In this document: positions 39,555-53,149 of the stretch, in pieces | How positions within the stretch are numbered: the stretch's first letter is position 1 | Layout of the letters: each line of letters opens with the position of its first letter | NCBI GenBank assembly: GCA_951406725.2 | Contig: OX597814.1 | Coordinates: 224,626,001 to 224,690,000, forward strand | Direction of reading: 5' to 3' | Length of the DNA stretch: 64,000 bases | Source: Octopus vulgaris | Taxonomy: Eukaryota | Program-made: the position numbers and the translations under genes | The notes under the pieces: model-generated | Seen by the model: only the letters and a program-made list of their open reading frames with translations | What the model was told of the DNA's origin: nothing | Databases searched by the model: none

Positions 39555-40090
39555 GGACAAGTAGCACAAAGAACGACCCTTCATCAGTTGTCGGTTGTCT
39601 ATCTGCCCCTCATTTCGAGCATTCAACAATATGAGTCTTCGAAAACATTTGCCTCCATAAGTACCAAAACAAAATTTGGGATTTATGGAGGGTCAAGTTG
39701 GGAACAAAAGAAAGATTGGACGATGGTCACGTCTCTCTCTTCCCCTCTTTCTCTCTCTCGTTACTCACACGTGACCATCGTCTGTCTTTCTTTTCATCAC
39801 TTGATCATCTATCTCTTCTCTTGTCAAAGAAAAAATTTCTCCAGCGTTCGCTATTTTACTCCCGTTCTGGTCTAACGACCCTCCATATTTGTTTTCATTG
39901 GGTTCCTTTGTATGTCTCCACTTTCCTGTTTTTGTTCCCAACTTTCACCTTCCATAAATCCCAAATTTTATATTGGTACTTATAGGAACAACTGTTTTCG
40001 GAGACTCATATTGTCATTCAATGCTCGAAATGAGGAGTAGACAGAAGGCTGACAACTGATGAAGGGTCGTTCTTTGTGTTACTTGTCCTG
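39555..40090. repeat. inverted repeat with ~160-bp arms
   Basis: 39555-39712 is the reverse complement of ~39930-40090. Confidence 0.85.
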
Positions 40091-40320
40091 TTTTCCATTT
40101 GTTTCTTTCCTTGTTTGCGTATTGAATCTATTTATTTTCGTATTTCATGTTGTTTACTGCTAGTGACGTCCTGCACCTATATATGCATGTGTGTGTGTGT
40201 GCGTGTGTGTACATATATACATAAATATATTATTTATATCATTATTTGTTTGAACGCCATGCATCCATTTCCAAGTAAGTTATATATATATAAGTTATAT
40301 ATATATATTATATATATAAG

Positions 40321-40378
<58 letters not shown>

Positions 40379-40489
40379 ATATATATATACACTTTATTAA
40401 AAAGCAGCAAAAATATAAAGCATATTACTCTACCTCTGGTATTCGAGTACTAACTTTTTCACCTTGTTTTGTATTTATGTGCTTACTCT

Positions 40490-40654
<165 letters not shown>

Positions 40655-40699
40655 GTGTGTGTGTGTCTCTCTCACTGTGTATGTACATGTGTATATATA

Positions 40700-41176
40700 T
40701 ATATTTGTGTCTTTGTCACCCCCATCATCACTTGACAACCGATGTTGGTGTGTTTGCGTCCCCATAACTTAGCGGTTCGGCAAAAGAGACTTACAAAGAA
40801 TAAGTCCTAGGGTCAAATTCTTCGACTAAAAAAACCGTTAAGGCGGTGCCCCAGCATGGTCGCAGTTAAATGACTGAAACAAGTAAAAGAATAAAAAAAT
40901 ACACACACACACATATATATATATACATATATGTATGTGTGTCTGTTTTCCCCATTACCGCTTGACAACCGGTGTTGGTGTGTTTACGTTTCCATAAGAT
41001 AGCGGTTCAGCAAAAGAAACTGATGGAAAAAATGTATTAGGGTCGATTCCTTCGACTTCAGCAAAAGAAACTGGTGGAAAAAAATGTACTAGGGTCGATT
41101 CCTTTCGACTTAAATTCTTCAAGGCGATGCTCCAGCATGACCGCAATCTGTTGACTGATACAAGTAACAAGTAAAA
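40700..41176 (+). mobile_element. two tandem 3' halves of SINE family A
   Basis: CTTGACAACCG...GCGGTTC...CCAGCATG..CGCA segments occur twice. Confidence 0.8.
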
Positions 41177-41836
41177 ATGTAAGCTCCATCGTTCCTAAGA
41201 ATTTCTGGTCTCGTGTGAATGTTAAATTGAATCAATATTACTGATTAGCCTGGCAACAAGCTGGCAGAGTTGTTAGCATGCCAGGGGCAAAATGTTTAGC
41301 AGCATTTCGTCCGTCTGTGGGTTCTGAGTTCAGATTCCGTCAAGGTTGACTTTGCCTTTCATCCTACCGGGGTTCGATGAAAAAAGTACTAGTTGAGTAC
41401 TGGGGGTCATCGGCTTACCCACTTCCTCGGAATTACTGTTCTTGTGTCAAAAATTGAAACCAACTGCAGGAAAAGAAAGAAAATAAATAAACATTCAGTT
41501 GAAAGCCAGGTTAAAAATTTAGGCGATGAAGAGGAAGGAGGTCATTAAGCCAGCTAACCCGGAAACAACCACACATTGCTCGATCTGCTAGAAATAGCAG
41601 CCAAATAACCTTTAAATTCGACCCTAATGTCCCCAAACAAAGGACAATAGTGAAACATCTGTTTGATCACACCATATTACAAAATGTCGAGATGGTCATA
41701 GCAGGATGTATTTATTTCTGTTCATGCGAGCTGTCTTGGTGTTAAACATGTCTAGCAATATTGATACAGGCCACCCTGTCAAATGCGTGTAAAACGTAGA
41801 AGTCGAGTCTCTTTAAGCATTTGTAAACCTTTATAC

Positions 41837-42102
41837 CAGGTCTTCTCAACCACTTTTTTTTTTTTTTTATCTGTGGACCCCTTTGATTGCTATTTCATTC
41901 TAGTGGACCCCCTAAGCTATTAGTTGTTTAAAAACTAGTTCTATACAAACTTCTTTCAAAATACCCATTTTATTTTTCACACATTCCCTTGTGTAGGTTG
42001 AAAATCTGTAAAATGTTAGAGAAAGAAACCTAACTGTTTCTTGCAATATATACATCTAAAGCAAATTTATTCTGTTGCGTGGACCCCGGTTGAGAACTAC
42101 TG
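41837..42102. mobile_element. hAT-type MITE
   Basis: CAGGTCTTCTCAACC ... GGTTGAGAACTACTG termini and perfect 8-bp TSD CTTTATAC. Confidence 0.9.
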
Positions 42103-42808
42103 CTTTATACAATTACTTTTCCAGTAAATGTCAGTTATGAACGTAGTTATTTCTGTTTTGTTACAAAAATTCAGCCCTGATCTAGCAAGTTGGTCATTAA
42201 AGATATTCTAGCCATGGGCATCAGTTATTTCCCCCCCGCACTTAGCGATCGTGAATCGAGTACAACTCTTTTTCTGTTATAATTCCATACATTACTGGAA
42301 TATAAACGGATTCCTATACTCGACTGGGACATTATATTGAACTCCAGATCGTTTAAAGACAAATTTAACACCAGTGGGATTTGAGCTCAGAAAGTAAGGG
42401 GTCATAATTAAACATTACAAGTATTTGGTCCCCATCAGCTCTTTTGCTTTAAAAACGTTATTTGACTGCTATTTTTAGTAAGCTGAACGACCACGTGGAC
42501 GTAAGGCTTCCCACGTTAGCGTGCTCAATATTTTCGTTCGTGGTCTACGCGAGCAGATTATAATCTTATTTAACTACTATTTTCTATCTCCATGTAAATC
42601 GAACATTATTAATAAGATAATTGGGAATTAAGTGGAGTCTATAAAAAAAAAAAAACAACTGAAGAATATGTGGGGAAAAGAAGAATCTACGCAGCATTGT
42701 TAAACTATAAATATAGACGTTATAAGTGAATGTATATAGTTTAAGTGTGTATAGTAAGTAATAAAGCCATTAATGACTTATTAAAGGAAAACGAGCACTC
42801 TCAGCTGC

Positions 42809-42847
42809 AACTACGGTTCCCATGATGCCTCAGCAACACCGGAAGTG
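42809..42847 (+). promoter_or_regulatory. candidate Pol II housekeeping promoter (ZNF143/THAP11 SBS motif plus ETS site)
   Basis: AACTACGGTTCCCATGATGCC at 42809-42829 and CCGGAAGTG at 42839-42847, in CpG-retaining, repeat-poor DNA upstream of a CpG-depleted domain. Confidence 0.65.
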
Positions 42848-44418
42848 ACCCGAGATTCTTAACACTTGTACCTTTCACTCACACAAACATCAATCGTCAT
42901 AGACACACACACACGTGCGTGTATATATATATACACACACACATATACACACACGCAGCTCGTCTCGAATATTGCAGATAGTTGGGGAATAATAACAAAA
43001 AGTAAGGCAATCACACACACACTCACAACTCTTGTGTGTAGTTGTTTGTTGTAGGATGAATCTGTCGTCGTGTAACACGTACGGCAACCAATTGCTGTTT
43101 GCAGGATGGAACCAAGACCAGGGTACGTTGCACAAAACTTCGCCTTTTAATTGCTTTTTAACTTACAACACATTCTAACCCGCTTCTCTCTTTTCGAAGC
43201 TCTACTTCTTTCTAAATAATGCGACGAGGGGGTGGATACTTGACAATCATCATAACAAAAAAAAAACTTTCTTTCACATTAATTACCATCGCTAATTGAT
43301 ATTTATTTCTATTTCTATTCGATGTGTTTTCCTAATTAACTTCGAAACGAGTTGATAGAAAATCTGTAAATTATTATTTCAAAATTATATTTTCAGTTCT
43401 TTGCATTCGCATTAAGGAATGTATATGATGCTCGCCAAATAGTTTATTCCCTCTTCTGCTTAATTTTCGGTTTACCATTTCCATACCGCTCTATACACTA
43501 TAATTACACCCTTTACAATTCGAATGTTCTTTAATTGATCCTTTAATTATTTATGTATGAAACAGAAACATAGAAACTAATTCGTGAATCTTAGATTCTA
43601 TCTTCTTATTATGAAGTGTTATTTATTATATTTGATGTTGATCCTGATGTCAGAGTATTTTATTATTAACAACAAGTCTCTACAAACTTCGTATTTATTA
43701 CATGGATTTTGAAATCAGTGTTTTCCTCTACAACAATTTATCTCTGCTGTCTCTGTAAATTGTCCTTATATAGTTTTTCGCCAATGAAATTTACCAATTA
43801 TGCTCTTCTCTATAACTTATCCAGTGCCAATCAGTAACTATTGACCGAACTATTGTCGGATAAAGCGAGAGTGTATAAGTTAGAATTCTCTTGAAATCTT
43901 TTACTATGCTTACTTTAGCATATATTAGACACATTGATATATTTAATGGTTATTTGTATTCCGATTCTTCATATTATATCAGCTGGTATTTTATTTGTTT
44001 TCATTCCTTATTTATTCCCCTCTTTGATGTGTAGTTTTCTGGGTTTTAATTCTAGTAATGCTTATACTAACCATTTAGTTTTGATTTCAACATACATTTG
44101 TAGTTTCTCTAATTATTTTTAGTTGTCTACGAAAAGAGGACAGCTTCCACATTTTTGATATTGTAATCAGATGGATTTGATTCTCCAAGGAATCTCAGCG
44201 CGCACTTGTGTTTGTAGGTTCGCGTGGAGTGCGTGCGTATAATACACCTTGGCGGAAGATATCGCTCTGTAGAATCTAAATTTTCACTTTGACTAATCTT
44301 TCGAATTACCAAAGTATACGAACAACCGATTCAGTGCTAAGCCAAACTAACTAGTTCTGTAACAACAATTACTTCCAGTTCAGTAACTATGTATAATAAT
44401 GAACACTACTGAGCGTGC

Positions 44419-44464
<46 letters not shown>

Positions 44465-45615
44465 TGAGGTAGTCGTTTAAAGAATATCCAAGTAACGGCA
44501 GAATGAATACCTTAGCTTTCGAATGAATAAACTCTCGATGTCTCGACTACTTTTTTCTTGTTTCGTTTGTGTAGTGTTTGAGTATCTTAAGTATTTCACT
44601 CGTGGTTGTAATTAATTTTCATCATTAATATCTTGAGAAAGGCATGAATGTCATCTAATCTCATTCTCATTTTCTTATAGTTTTGATTTGATTCTTTGAC
44701 TCTATGTTAGAAAGTAATTATTATGAGCCGAGTGGTGGGCGTTGTGTTTGGGTAATTGGTTCTATGAAGCAAATCTGTGAGATTCGATTACTAGGAGGAG
44801 CTTCTACATTATCATTAACGTCCTTGGGAAAGGCATGAATGTAACAACTACCTATTTAGCTCCTCTCCTGGATAAATTATGGTTTCATTTGTCAAAATTA
44901 TTGTCGTTTAGTTCTATGTTAGTCCTTATCGAAAAGACCCATAATGAAAGACTTTCAATTCGAGACTATCCATCTTAGAATGTACCACATTTACTAAAGT
45001 ATCCTTCTCATTTGAGATAGACAGCAGTATGTAATTAGCCGCTATTTTTAGCAGATCGAGTGACCACGAAGCAGCTACAACGTTGTTTCAAGGATGATGT
45101 TTTTGTTTAGCGCCAAGTCAGCTTTGATCGAGCAAGTCTATAATCAGAGACATTCCATACGTGACAGTCCAGTCATTTCCCAGGTGCAAGAAACCAAGTG
45201 CCACATTATCCGAGGAGTCCTTTTCTAAGACAGTGAATCGTGATTAGGCTGCTATTTCTACCATTGTGAGTGACCACATACGAGCTTCATAGTTGTAGCA
45301 TTGATGGAAGGAAAAACTACTATCGAATTCTGATAGATGTTTAGCGAGTTTAACTTCTTTTTTATCCTTTAACCAACGAAGGATGAGCTTCTACGCTGGT
45401 AAGAGTGATTGGATTAACCCCCTTACCTCCGAAATCCGATATATCCACTCAAAATGTCATCACTCTTAATTGAAGAAAGCAGTTTTATATACCAACCGAT
45501 CTTGTGTTGAGGAATGTCCTGTTTGAGAATATCTTTTGTGGAGACATGTCAAGTTTATTGAGATAATATGACTTGCAGAAAATACCAGTTCTATTTTTTT
45601 TTATAGATATTTGAC

Positions 45616-46020
45616 ATCATCATTTAACGTCCGCTTTCCATGCTAGCATGGGTTGGACGATTTGACTGAGGACTGGCGAACTGGATGGCTGCACCAGGCT
45701 CCAGTCTGATCTGACAGAGTTTCTACTGCTGGATGCCCTTCCTAATGCCAACCACTCTGAGAGTGTAGTGGGTGCTTTTACGTTCCACTGGCACAAGGGC
45801 CAGTCTGGCGGTGCTGGCAACGGCCACTCTCGAAATGGTGTTTTTTATGTGCCACCTGCACAGGAGCCAGTCCAGCGGCACTGGCAATGACCTTGCTTGA
45901 ATGTTTTGTTCACGTGCCACCGGCACAAGTGCCAGTAAGGCGACGCTGGTAACGCTTACGCTCGAATGGTGCCACCGTCACGGAAGCCAGACAGCTGCTG
46001 TGGCAGTGATCCCGCTCAGA
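45616..46020 (-). mobile_element. RTE-tail repeat (family D)
   Basis: Shares its 3' end (CAACCCATGCTAGCATGGAAAGCGGACGTTAAATGATGATG) with the RTE fragment at 54640-55400. Confidence 0.85.
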
Positions 46021-46194
46021 TGGAGCTATTACTGGAATAACCATGGAATTTAATTTTGCAGTTAAAGGGTTGATATTCAGCTTGAAATGAGTGAAGAAAG
46101 AAAGGCAAATTTCAAGGTTTGTTACTCTGGACAGGAAATAGTTAGATAAATTGTTTCATATAAGTTCAGACGATAAGTAGTGAGAGATTGTTAT

Positions 46195-46580
46195 TCAGGA
46201 TGACTGTAGTAAGAAGCTTGCTTCCCAACCACATGGTTCTGGGTTCAATCTCATTACACAGCACCTTGGGCAAGTGTCTTCTACTATAGCCTCGGGCCAA
46301 CCAAAACCTTGTGAGTGGATTTGGAAGATGGAAACTGCAAGAAGCTTGTCATATATATGTATTTGTGTGCCTGTGTTTGTCTCCCCCACCATCGCTTGAC
46401 AAACAATGTTGGTATATTTATGTCCCTGTAACTTAGCAGTTCAGCAAAAGCAACCAATAGAATAAGTATTTGGCTTACAAAGAATAAGTCCTTGGGTCAG
46501 TTTGTTTGACTAAAGGCAGTGCTCTAGCATGGCCACAGTCAAAATGACTGAAACAAGTAAAAAAAATAAAAGAATAAAAG
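46195..46580 (+). mobile_element. SINE family A with CpG decay
   Basis: Full length; CG changed to CA or TG relative to the upstream copies. Confidence 0.9.
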
Positions 46581-46994
46581 TTCTAGTCAGCTCAAATTGA
46601 GGAAACTCATGATCAGAGATGTTATGGCTATAACTCTCCTGTCTTTAAATATATCAGAGATTTAGCCGGCTAAATGTATAGTGGCATTTCATCTGTCTAT
46701 ATGTTCTGAGTTCAGGTCAGGCCCTGAATGAGCAGTGTTATAGCATGCAGGCAGTCAGTTGAAAGACTAGTTACATGTTTGTAAGGACCATACTTAACAC
46801 TGATATTCAGTGGTCCATACAATCCATCACTTGTTAGTAATGGATCATATGGGTTGCAGTATAAAAGTCTGGACATTTTCTGCTCTTTCTACTCTCCAGT
46901 CAATTCTTGTAGGAATTGACAGAGGCCTCAGCAGAACTGTGCAAAGTGTTGGAGTGCAACAGTTCTTATTCTCCTTGCATTTATTGTTGTACAT

Positions 46995-48197
46995 TGCCTG
47001 ACTGGCTCCCATGCCAGTTGCACATAAAAAGTACCATTCAAGCGTGGGTCATTGCCAGTCCTGTCTGATTGGATCCCATGCTGGTGGCACGTAAAAAGCA
47101 CCATTTGAGTCTGGGCCATTGCCAGTGCCGTCTGACTGGCTCTCATGCTGGTGGCACGTAAAAAGCACCATTTGAGTCTGGGCCATTGCCATTGCCAGTG
47201 CCGTCTGACTGGCTCTCATGCTGGTGGCACGTAAAAAGCACCATTTGAGTCTGGGCCATTGCCATTGCCAGTGCCGTCTGACTGGCTCTCATGCTGGTGG
47301 CACGTAAAAAGCACCATTTGAGTGTGGGCCATTGCCAGTGCCGTCTGACTGGCTCTCATGCTGGTGGCACGTAAAAAGCACCATTTGAGTGTGGGCCATT
47401 GCCAGTGCCAGTGCCGTCTGACTGGCTCTCATGCTGGTGGCACGTAAAAAGCACCATTTGAGTCTGGGCCATTGCCATTGCCAGTGCCGTCTGACTGGCT
47501 CTCATGCTGGTGGCACGTAAAAGCACCATTTGAGTGTGGGCCATTGCCAGTGCCAGTGCCGTCTGACTGGCTCTCATGCTGGTGGCACGTAAAAAGCACC
47601 ATTTGAGTCTGGGCCATTGCCATTGCCAGTGCCGTCTGACTGGCTCTCATGCTGGTGGCACGTAAAAAGCACCATTTGAGTCTGGGCCATTGCCATTGCC
47701 AGTGCCGTCTGACTGGCTCTCATGCTGGTGGCACGTAAAAAGCACCATTTGGAGTGTGGGCCATTGCCATTGCCAGTGCCGTCTGACTGGCTCTCATGCT
47801 GGTGGCACGTAAAAAGCACCATTTGAGTCTGGGCCATTGCCATTGCCAGTGCCGTCTGACTGGCTCTCATGCTGGTGGCACGTAAAAAGCACCATTTGAG
47901 TGTGGGCCGTTGCCATTGCCAGTGCCGTCTGACTGGCTCTCGTGCTGGTGGCACATAAAAAGCAACATTTGATCGTGGTCGTTACCAGTGCCGTCTGACT
48001 GGCTCTCATGCCGGTGGCACGTAAAAAGCACCCACTACACTCTCAGAGTGGTTGGCATTAGGAAGGGCATCCAGCTGTAGAAACCTTGCCAGATCAGATT
48101 GGAGCCTAGCACAACCTCAGTCAAACCGTCCAACCCATGCCAGCATGGAAAGCAGATGTTAAACGACGAAGATGATAATGATGATGATGGTGATGAT
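46995..48197 (+). mobile_element. RTE-tail repeat with an internal 67-73-bp tandem array
   Basis: About 15 units at 47000-48030, followed by the family D 3' end and a (GAT)n tail. Confidence 0.9.
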
Positions 48198-48269
48198 CCC
48201 AACCCCATGTTTGGGCACAGTGAGGCTCATGCTGTAGCAACTGTTACTTGTCCAAGCTGATTGGAAGAG

Positions 48270-48562
48270 GCATAGATGGCTCATGATCCTAAGGTCATGA
48301 GTTCAATTCCCTGCAATGCATTGTGTGCTTGAGTAAAACATTTTATTTCACGTTGCTCCAGTCCACTCAGCTGACAGTTGTACCTGTATTTCAAAGGGCC
48401 AGCCTTGTCACATTCTGTGTCATGCTGAATCTCCCTGATAACTACGTTAAGGGTACACGTGTGTCTGTGGATTGCTTAATTACTTGCATACCAATTTCAT
48501 GAGCAGGCTGTTCTGTTGATCAAATCGACTGGAAAGCTCGTCATTGTGACTGACAGAGTGCC
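48270..48562 (+). mobile_element. SINE family C
   Basis: Homologous to 37717-38030. Confidence 0.8.
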
Positions 48563-49899
48563 ATAAAAGCATATTGTATTTGTCTAGGTGGTCTGTCATC
48601 TTTTAGTGTTTTTATTTTGTTGTGTATGTGGTCTTTGGGCATATTATGCGCATCATCTGTTATAATACATAGTGCATTGTTTTGTGCTCTTTGCAGCTTA
48701 TTGCAGGATTTTGGTGGTCATTGCCAATCATGTCTGACTGGCCCTCATGCTGGTGGCATGTAAAAAGCACCATTCGAGTGTGGGCCGTTGTCAGTGCCGT
48801 CTGACTGGTTTAATGTAATTTATGATGGATCAAATGTATTGTTTGTACATCATTGTTTTTTCTTTTGGCCAAATGTATCATCTATGATTGTCATTTTGGC
48901 TTCTTTGACTGTGTTGTTAAGGAGTTGTACCTCTCAATATTTTTTGGAATCTTCTCCTGCTCATGCCTTTCCAGTAGATGTTAACCTGCAACAACAAATA
49001 CAACCAGCCCCCACACCCAACGACATCACACACACAGAATACAAAAATAGCTGATGTTCTTGGGAGGAAAGACTAGGCATAATGGTCAGTGGCAGGGATG
49101 GTAAGAGCTGGCGAGATGTGTGGACTGTGGATGCTTGAATGGAAGCAGTACAAGATTGGCCAACTTTGGAGGAACAGCTGCCATTACAGTGGATTCCCTT
49201 GTCTTAGACTGCAGATGAGGTGAATGGAATTTCTTGCTCAACAACCTGCACAGGTGATTAGTTTATAGTAATCAAATATTTATGCTGTACATTAGCTCGT
49301 TCTCTCTATTAGATCAGGGGCATCGTGTGTCACACAGCAGATATTGAAATAGTTACAAAGCAGTGTGAAATGAAATGTTTTGTTCAAAAGCACAACTCCC
49401 TGCCTGGTCCAGGAATTGAAACTTTTGATCTTACAATTGTGAGTGCGGCATACAAACTACTAGGCTACATGTCTTCCCATTGCCTTTAATTAACAATAGA
49501 AAAGACAGGCTGGCAATGTCAGTGAACCAGAGACTGGAGTGTGTCTGTAAGAGATTTAATACAAGTCAGTTGAGTGGCCCTTCTTTAGATGCAGTCAAGA
49601 ATGTCTGTGTGTGCAGCAATAGCACTGTCCCAGATTCAGGTGCAACACTGCATTAAGGCCTCACTTGAAACTTGTTGAGTGTCTGCAACTGTTGGAAGCT
49701 GAAATATTTTATGGTCAGAAAGGGAAGGGTCAGACTAAGGCTGTAGTCCTAACTAATGAAGATCCTTGGCAATAGTAAAGACCAACCATAAATGGCATTG
49801 AGTGCTCTGAGTGTCTCTCATGTTTATGAGGCATGTAGTGCAGGGGTTTTCCTTGTCAGTGTTTGAGTCTATTTTGCTGTTAAAAAGAGACTTTGAAGA

Positions 49900-50800
49900 T
49901 CTCCATGTGTAGAATCAATGCATGTTTCATGTATGGTATTTAGGTGAATGAAAGGCATATCATTTGCATAAGAGTGGTTGTTGCTAGATGTAGTGACAAG
50001 TAGGTCATTAATGTATAGCCGGGAGAGAGTGGGAGACAAAACTTAACCCTGAGGTATACCAGGGCTAATTAAGAGATCTGACAACACATATAATATGATA
50101 CGATCAGAAGTTACTAATCCAAGAGATGAGAGAAGGGTGAGACCCATGAGTGGGGGGGGGGGGTTGTTAGGAGATTCACAAGGAGAAAGATATCATCAAA
50201 GAGTTGCTGGTAGTTTAAGGAGTTCAGAGAGTGATAGAGAAAGCAGATATATTTAACCCTTTTGTTACCAACCTGGCTGAAACCGCCTCTGGCTTTGTAG
50301 TAGAAATGTCTTGTTTCCATAAGTTCTGAATTAAAATCTTCCACCAAACCTCAGTCACAGTTTATGTTCTTAGCACTAGCTGAATGATAACTAAGTTATT
50401 TTACTAAATTCTTTGTTATATTTAAAGTAATTGAAAGAAACACAGAGAATCTCAAAATAAATACAGTAACGAAAGGGTTAAGGCAATGAGGGAGAGAGAC
50501 TTTGAGCCAGAATAACTGAAAGCTGTTACTTGCTGGTTGAATGTAGTGGTCTGAGTCCATGTTATGATGTGGAGAGGGAGTTTATGGAATAGAATTTTCA
50601 CAGTGTTCATACAAAGGTGGTAAACTCATTAAGGTGTTACTTCACTTGGGATTTTGTAGAACTGTTTTATAAGTTTTTCCCAGTTTCAAGATCTGTGAAA
50701 TTTAGCAGTGTTGGTAGGAGTAGTCATTTCCAGTGAGTGTTTTGATTTCTTCAGGCCCTTGGTGTTTTAAGTATGTTTGTGATTTTGTCTAACTTTGAGG
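49900..50800 (-). pseudogene. decayed LINE reverse transcriptase fragment (CR1/Jockey-like)
   Basis: GIPQG*VLSPTL..LYINDLL...HSYAND at ~50065-49960 corresponds to the GVPQGSxLxP...YADD motifs. Confidence 0.7.
50257..50477. mobile_element. piggyBac-type MITE
   Basis: TTAA|CCCTTTTGTTAC ... GTAACGAAAGGG|TTAA. Confidence 0.9.
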
Positions 50801-50995
50801 GCACGAAAAGCATTCAGCCATAGGAACCATGCCAAAACAGATAACAGAGTTTGGCACAGTCCTTTGATTTGCCAGCTCTTGTCAAACCATCCAACCCATG
50901 TCAGCATAGAGAATGGATATTAAATGATGATGAGATTGCCCTATTGCTCCTTTTTTTTTTGTGTGTTTGTCAGAAGAAAGAGACTGTTAGGTGGT

Positions 50996-51222
50996 TTAAC
51001 ACTTTAGCATAGCATTTTAACCTGCTGTATCTGGCCCAAATATTTTACCTGTTTTAGGTTTAAACTGGCCAGATCCAGTCTGTCACACCTATTCTACCAT
51101 GTTATTCTAAAAATAAACTATCGTATCATCAAGATCTCAAAGCTATGAGATAATGCATTATTAATTCAAAACGGTGTGAATAGATAATTTGGCAGAGTAA
51201 CGTGGCTGCTGAAAAAGGTTAA
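50996..51222 (+). mobile_element. piggyBac-type MITE, second family
   Basis: TTAA-bounded; inverted homolog at 51513-52141. Confidence 0.7.
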
Positions 51223-51512
51223 GGAGCTGATAATCTGGAAATTGCTAGATAAGGAGGGCAGAGACCACTGTCATAGCTGTAGAAAATGCAGTGAGAGAAA
51301 CTATGTATGTGACATAATGTATGAACGTTAGACAGTTGAATGTCTTTTGGCTGCAACAGTTTATCGTACTTTATGCTTATGTATGTGTGTGAATGTACAT
51401 GTTTTCCTTTTCTTGATATTGTATACTAATCGTAAAGAAATAATGCCATCACGCAAATAGTGTTGTGTGCAATTTTCATTGAAAAGAATTCTCTGGACTT
51501 CGTATTATCAAT

Positions 51513-51761
51513 CAACCCTTTAACATTCAGATTAGATCTGTCAAATGTAATGCTTATTTATTACTCTCTCTTTACTCTTTTACTTGTTTCAGTCATTTGA
51601 CTGCGGCCATGCTGGAGCACCACCTTTAGTCGAGCAAATCGACCCCGGGACTTATTCTTTGTAAGCCCAGTACTTATTCTATCGGTCTCTTTTGCCGAAC
51701 CGCTAAGTGACGGGGACATAAACATGCCAGCCTCGGTTGTCAAGCAATGCTAGGGGGACAA

Positions 51762-51792
<31 letters not shown>

Positions 51793-52141
51793 CGACGGGC
51801 TTCTTTTAGTTTCCATCTACCAAATCCACTCACAAGGCTTTGGTCGGCCCGAGGCTATAGTAGAAGACACTTGCCCAAGATGTCACACAGTGGGATTGAA
51901 CCCGGAACCATGTGGTTGGTAAGCATGCTACTTACCACACAGCCACTCCTGTGCCTATTCACATTATTTTGAATTAATTATGCAATATCTCATAGTTTTA
52001 AGATTTCATTCAATGATGTGATTGTATATTTTTAGAATGATATTGTAGGGTAGGTGTGAGAAGTTGGATCTGGCCAATTTAAACATAAAAGAGTCAGAAT
52101 ATTTTGGCAGGATGTGGCCTGTTTAAATGCTAAAAGGTTAA
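51513..52141 (-). mobile_element. piggyBac-type MITE interrupted by SINE A
   Basis: CCCTTTAACATT ... AATGCTAAAAGG|TTAA termini; SINE inserted with a TATT duplication. Confidence 0.75.
51563..51955 (-). mobile_element. SINE family A, full length
   Basis: Homology to the other copies. Confidence 0.92.
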
Positions 52142-52729
52142 TGTCCATTTTCTTTACCAGTATGGGTTGGATGGTTTGACAGGATCTAATGGGCCTAACA
52201 ACCACATTATGTTCCAGTGTCTGCTTGCCATGGGTTGTTTGGTTGGATGCTCTTCCTTATGCCAACAACTTTACAGTGTGTACTAGGTGCTTTTTTTTTT
52301 CATGCCCCCCCCCCCCCCTCTGAGTGTGGTTACCATTTAGTTTGCAAGTGGGGTGGGAAAGCAAGGAGTAGAGATGTATAAAGCATGAGAGAAAAGGGCC
52401 AGAGCAACCAGGTTTATTACTGAAAGGGAGCTACACAACTACTCACATTTTAGAAGGAAGTGGGGAGCTAAAAATTGGTGTTGAGGTGTCAAAGTGGACC
52501 TTCACTGTACAAAATGAGTAGGGCATGGGTACCAGAAGTGAGTGGAGGGAGTTGGGGATATCTGGTGTGGGACAGCAGGATAGAGACAATGATACAGTGA
52601 GAAAGAGGATGAAAGAGAGCTGACCTGCTGATGGGTAGGTTGCGGGAGTGGATGGGGAAGAGAGAAATGTGCAATGTATGAGGGGACAGGAGAGATAATT
52701 TGGTGGCACAGCGAGGGTGGTGGTAATTG

Positions 52730-52957
52730 AGCTGGCAGAACCGTTTAGCATGTTGGGCGAAATGCTTAGCGATATTTTGTCTGCCGCTACGATCTGAGTT
52801 CAAATTCCACCAAGGTCGACTTTGCCTTTCATCCTTTCGGGGTCGATAAATTAAAGTACCAGTTACGCACTGGGGTCGATGTAATTGACTTAATACCTAT
52901 GCCTGTCCTTGTTTGTCCCCTCTATGTTTAGCCCCTTGTGGGTAATAAAGAAATTGG
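52730..52957 (+). mobile_element. SINE family B
   Basis: Head, core and tail 1; flanked by a TGGTAATT duplication. Confidence 0.9.
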
Positions 52958-53149
52958 TAATTAGTAAAGATATGGATAAAGATCAGGAATAATGAATGAA
53001 CAGTGGCTAACAAGTGGCATCAAAGAGTATCTGTGGTTAGGGAGGTGATGAGTGGTGGATGTCTTGTGGAGAAAGGGAACTGGACAGAGGGGCCAACTGT
53101 GCGCACACACTCAGAGTTCTGTTAGAACTCAGTTATTCTGATATGTGTG

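Noticed and set aside
40020-40075. CGAAA...CTGATGA hammerhead-like pair
   Set aside because: Stems I and III cannot form adjacent to the core and are not conserved in the inverted copy.
47000-48030. CRISPR-like regular array
   Set aside because: There are no unique spacers and no cas genes; it is a eukaryotic tandem repeat inside a retroelement.
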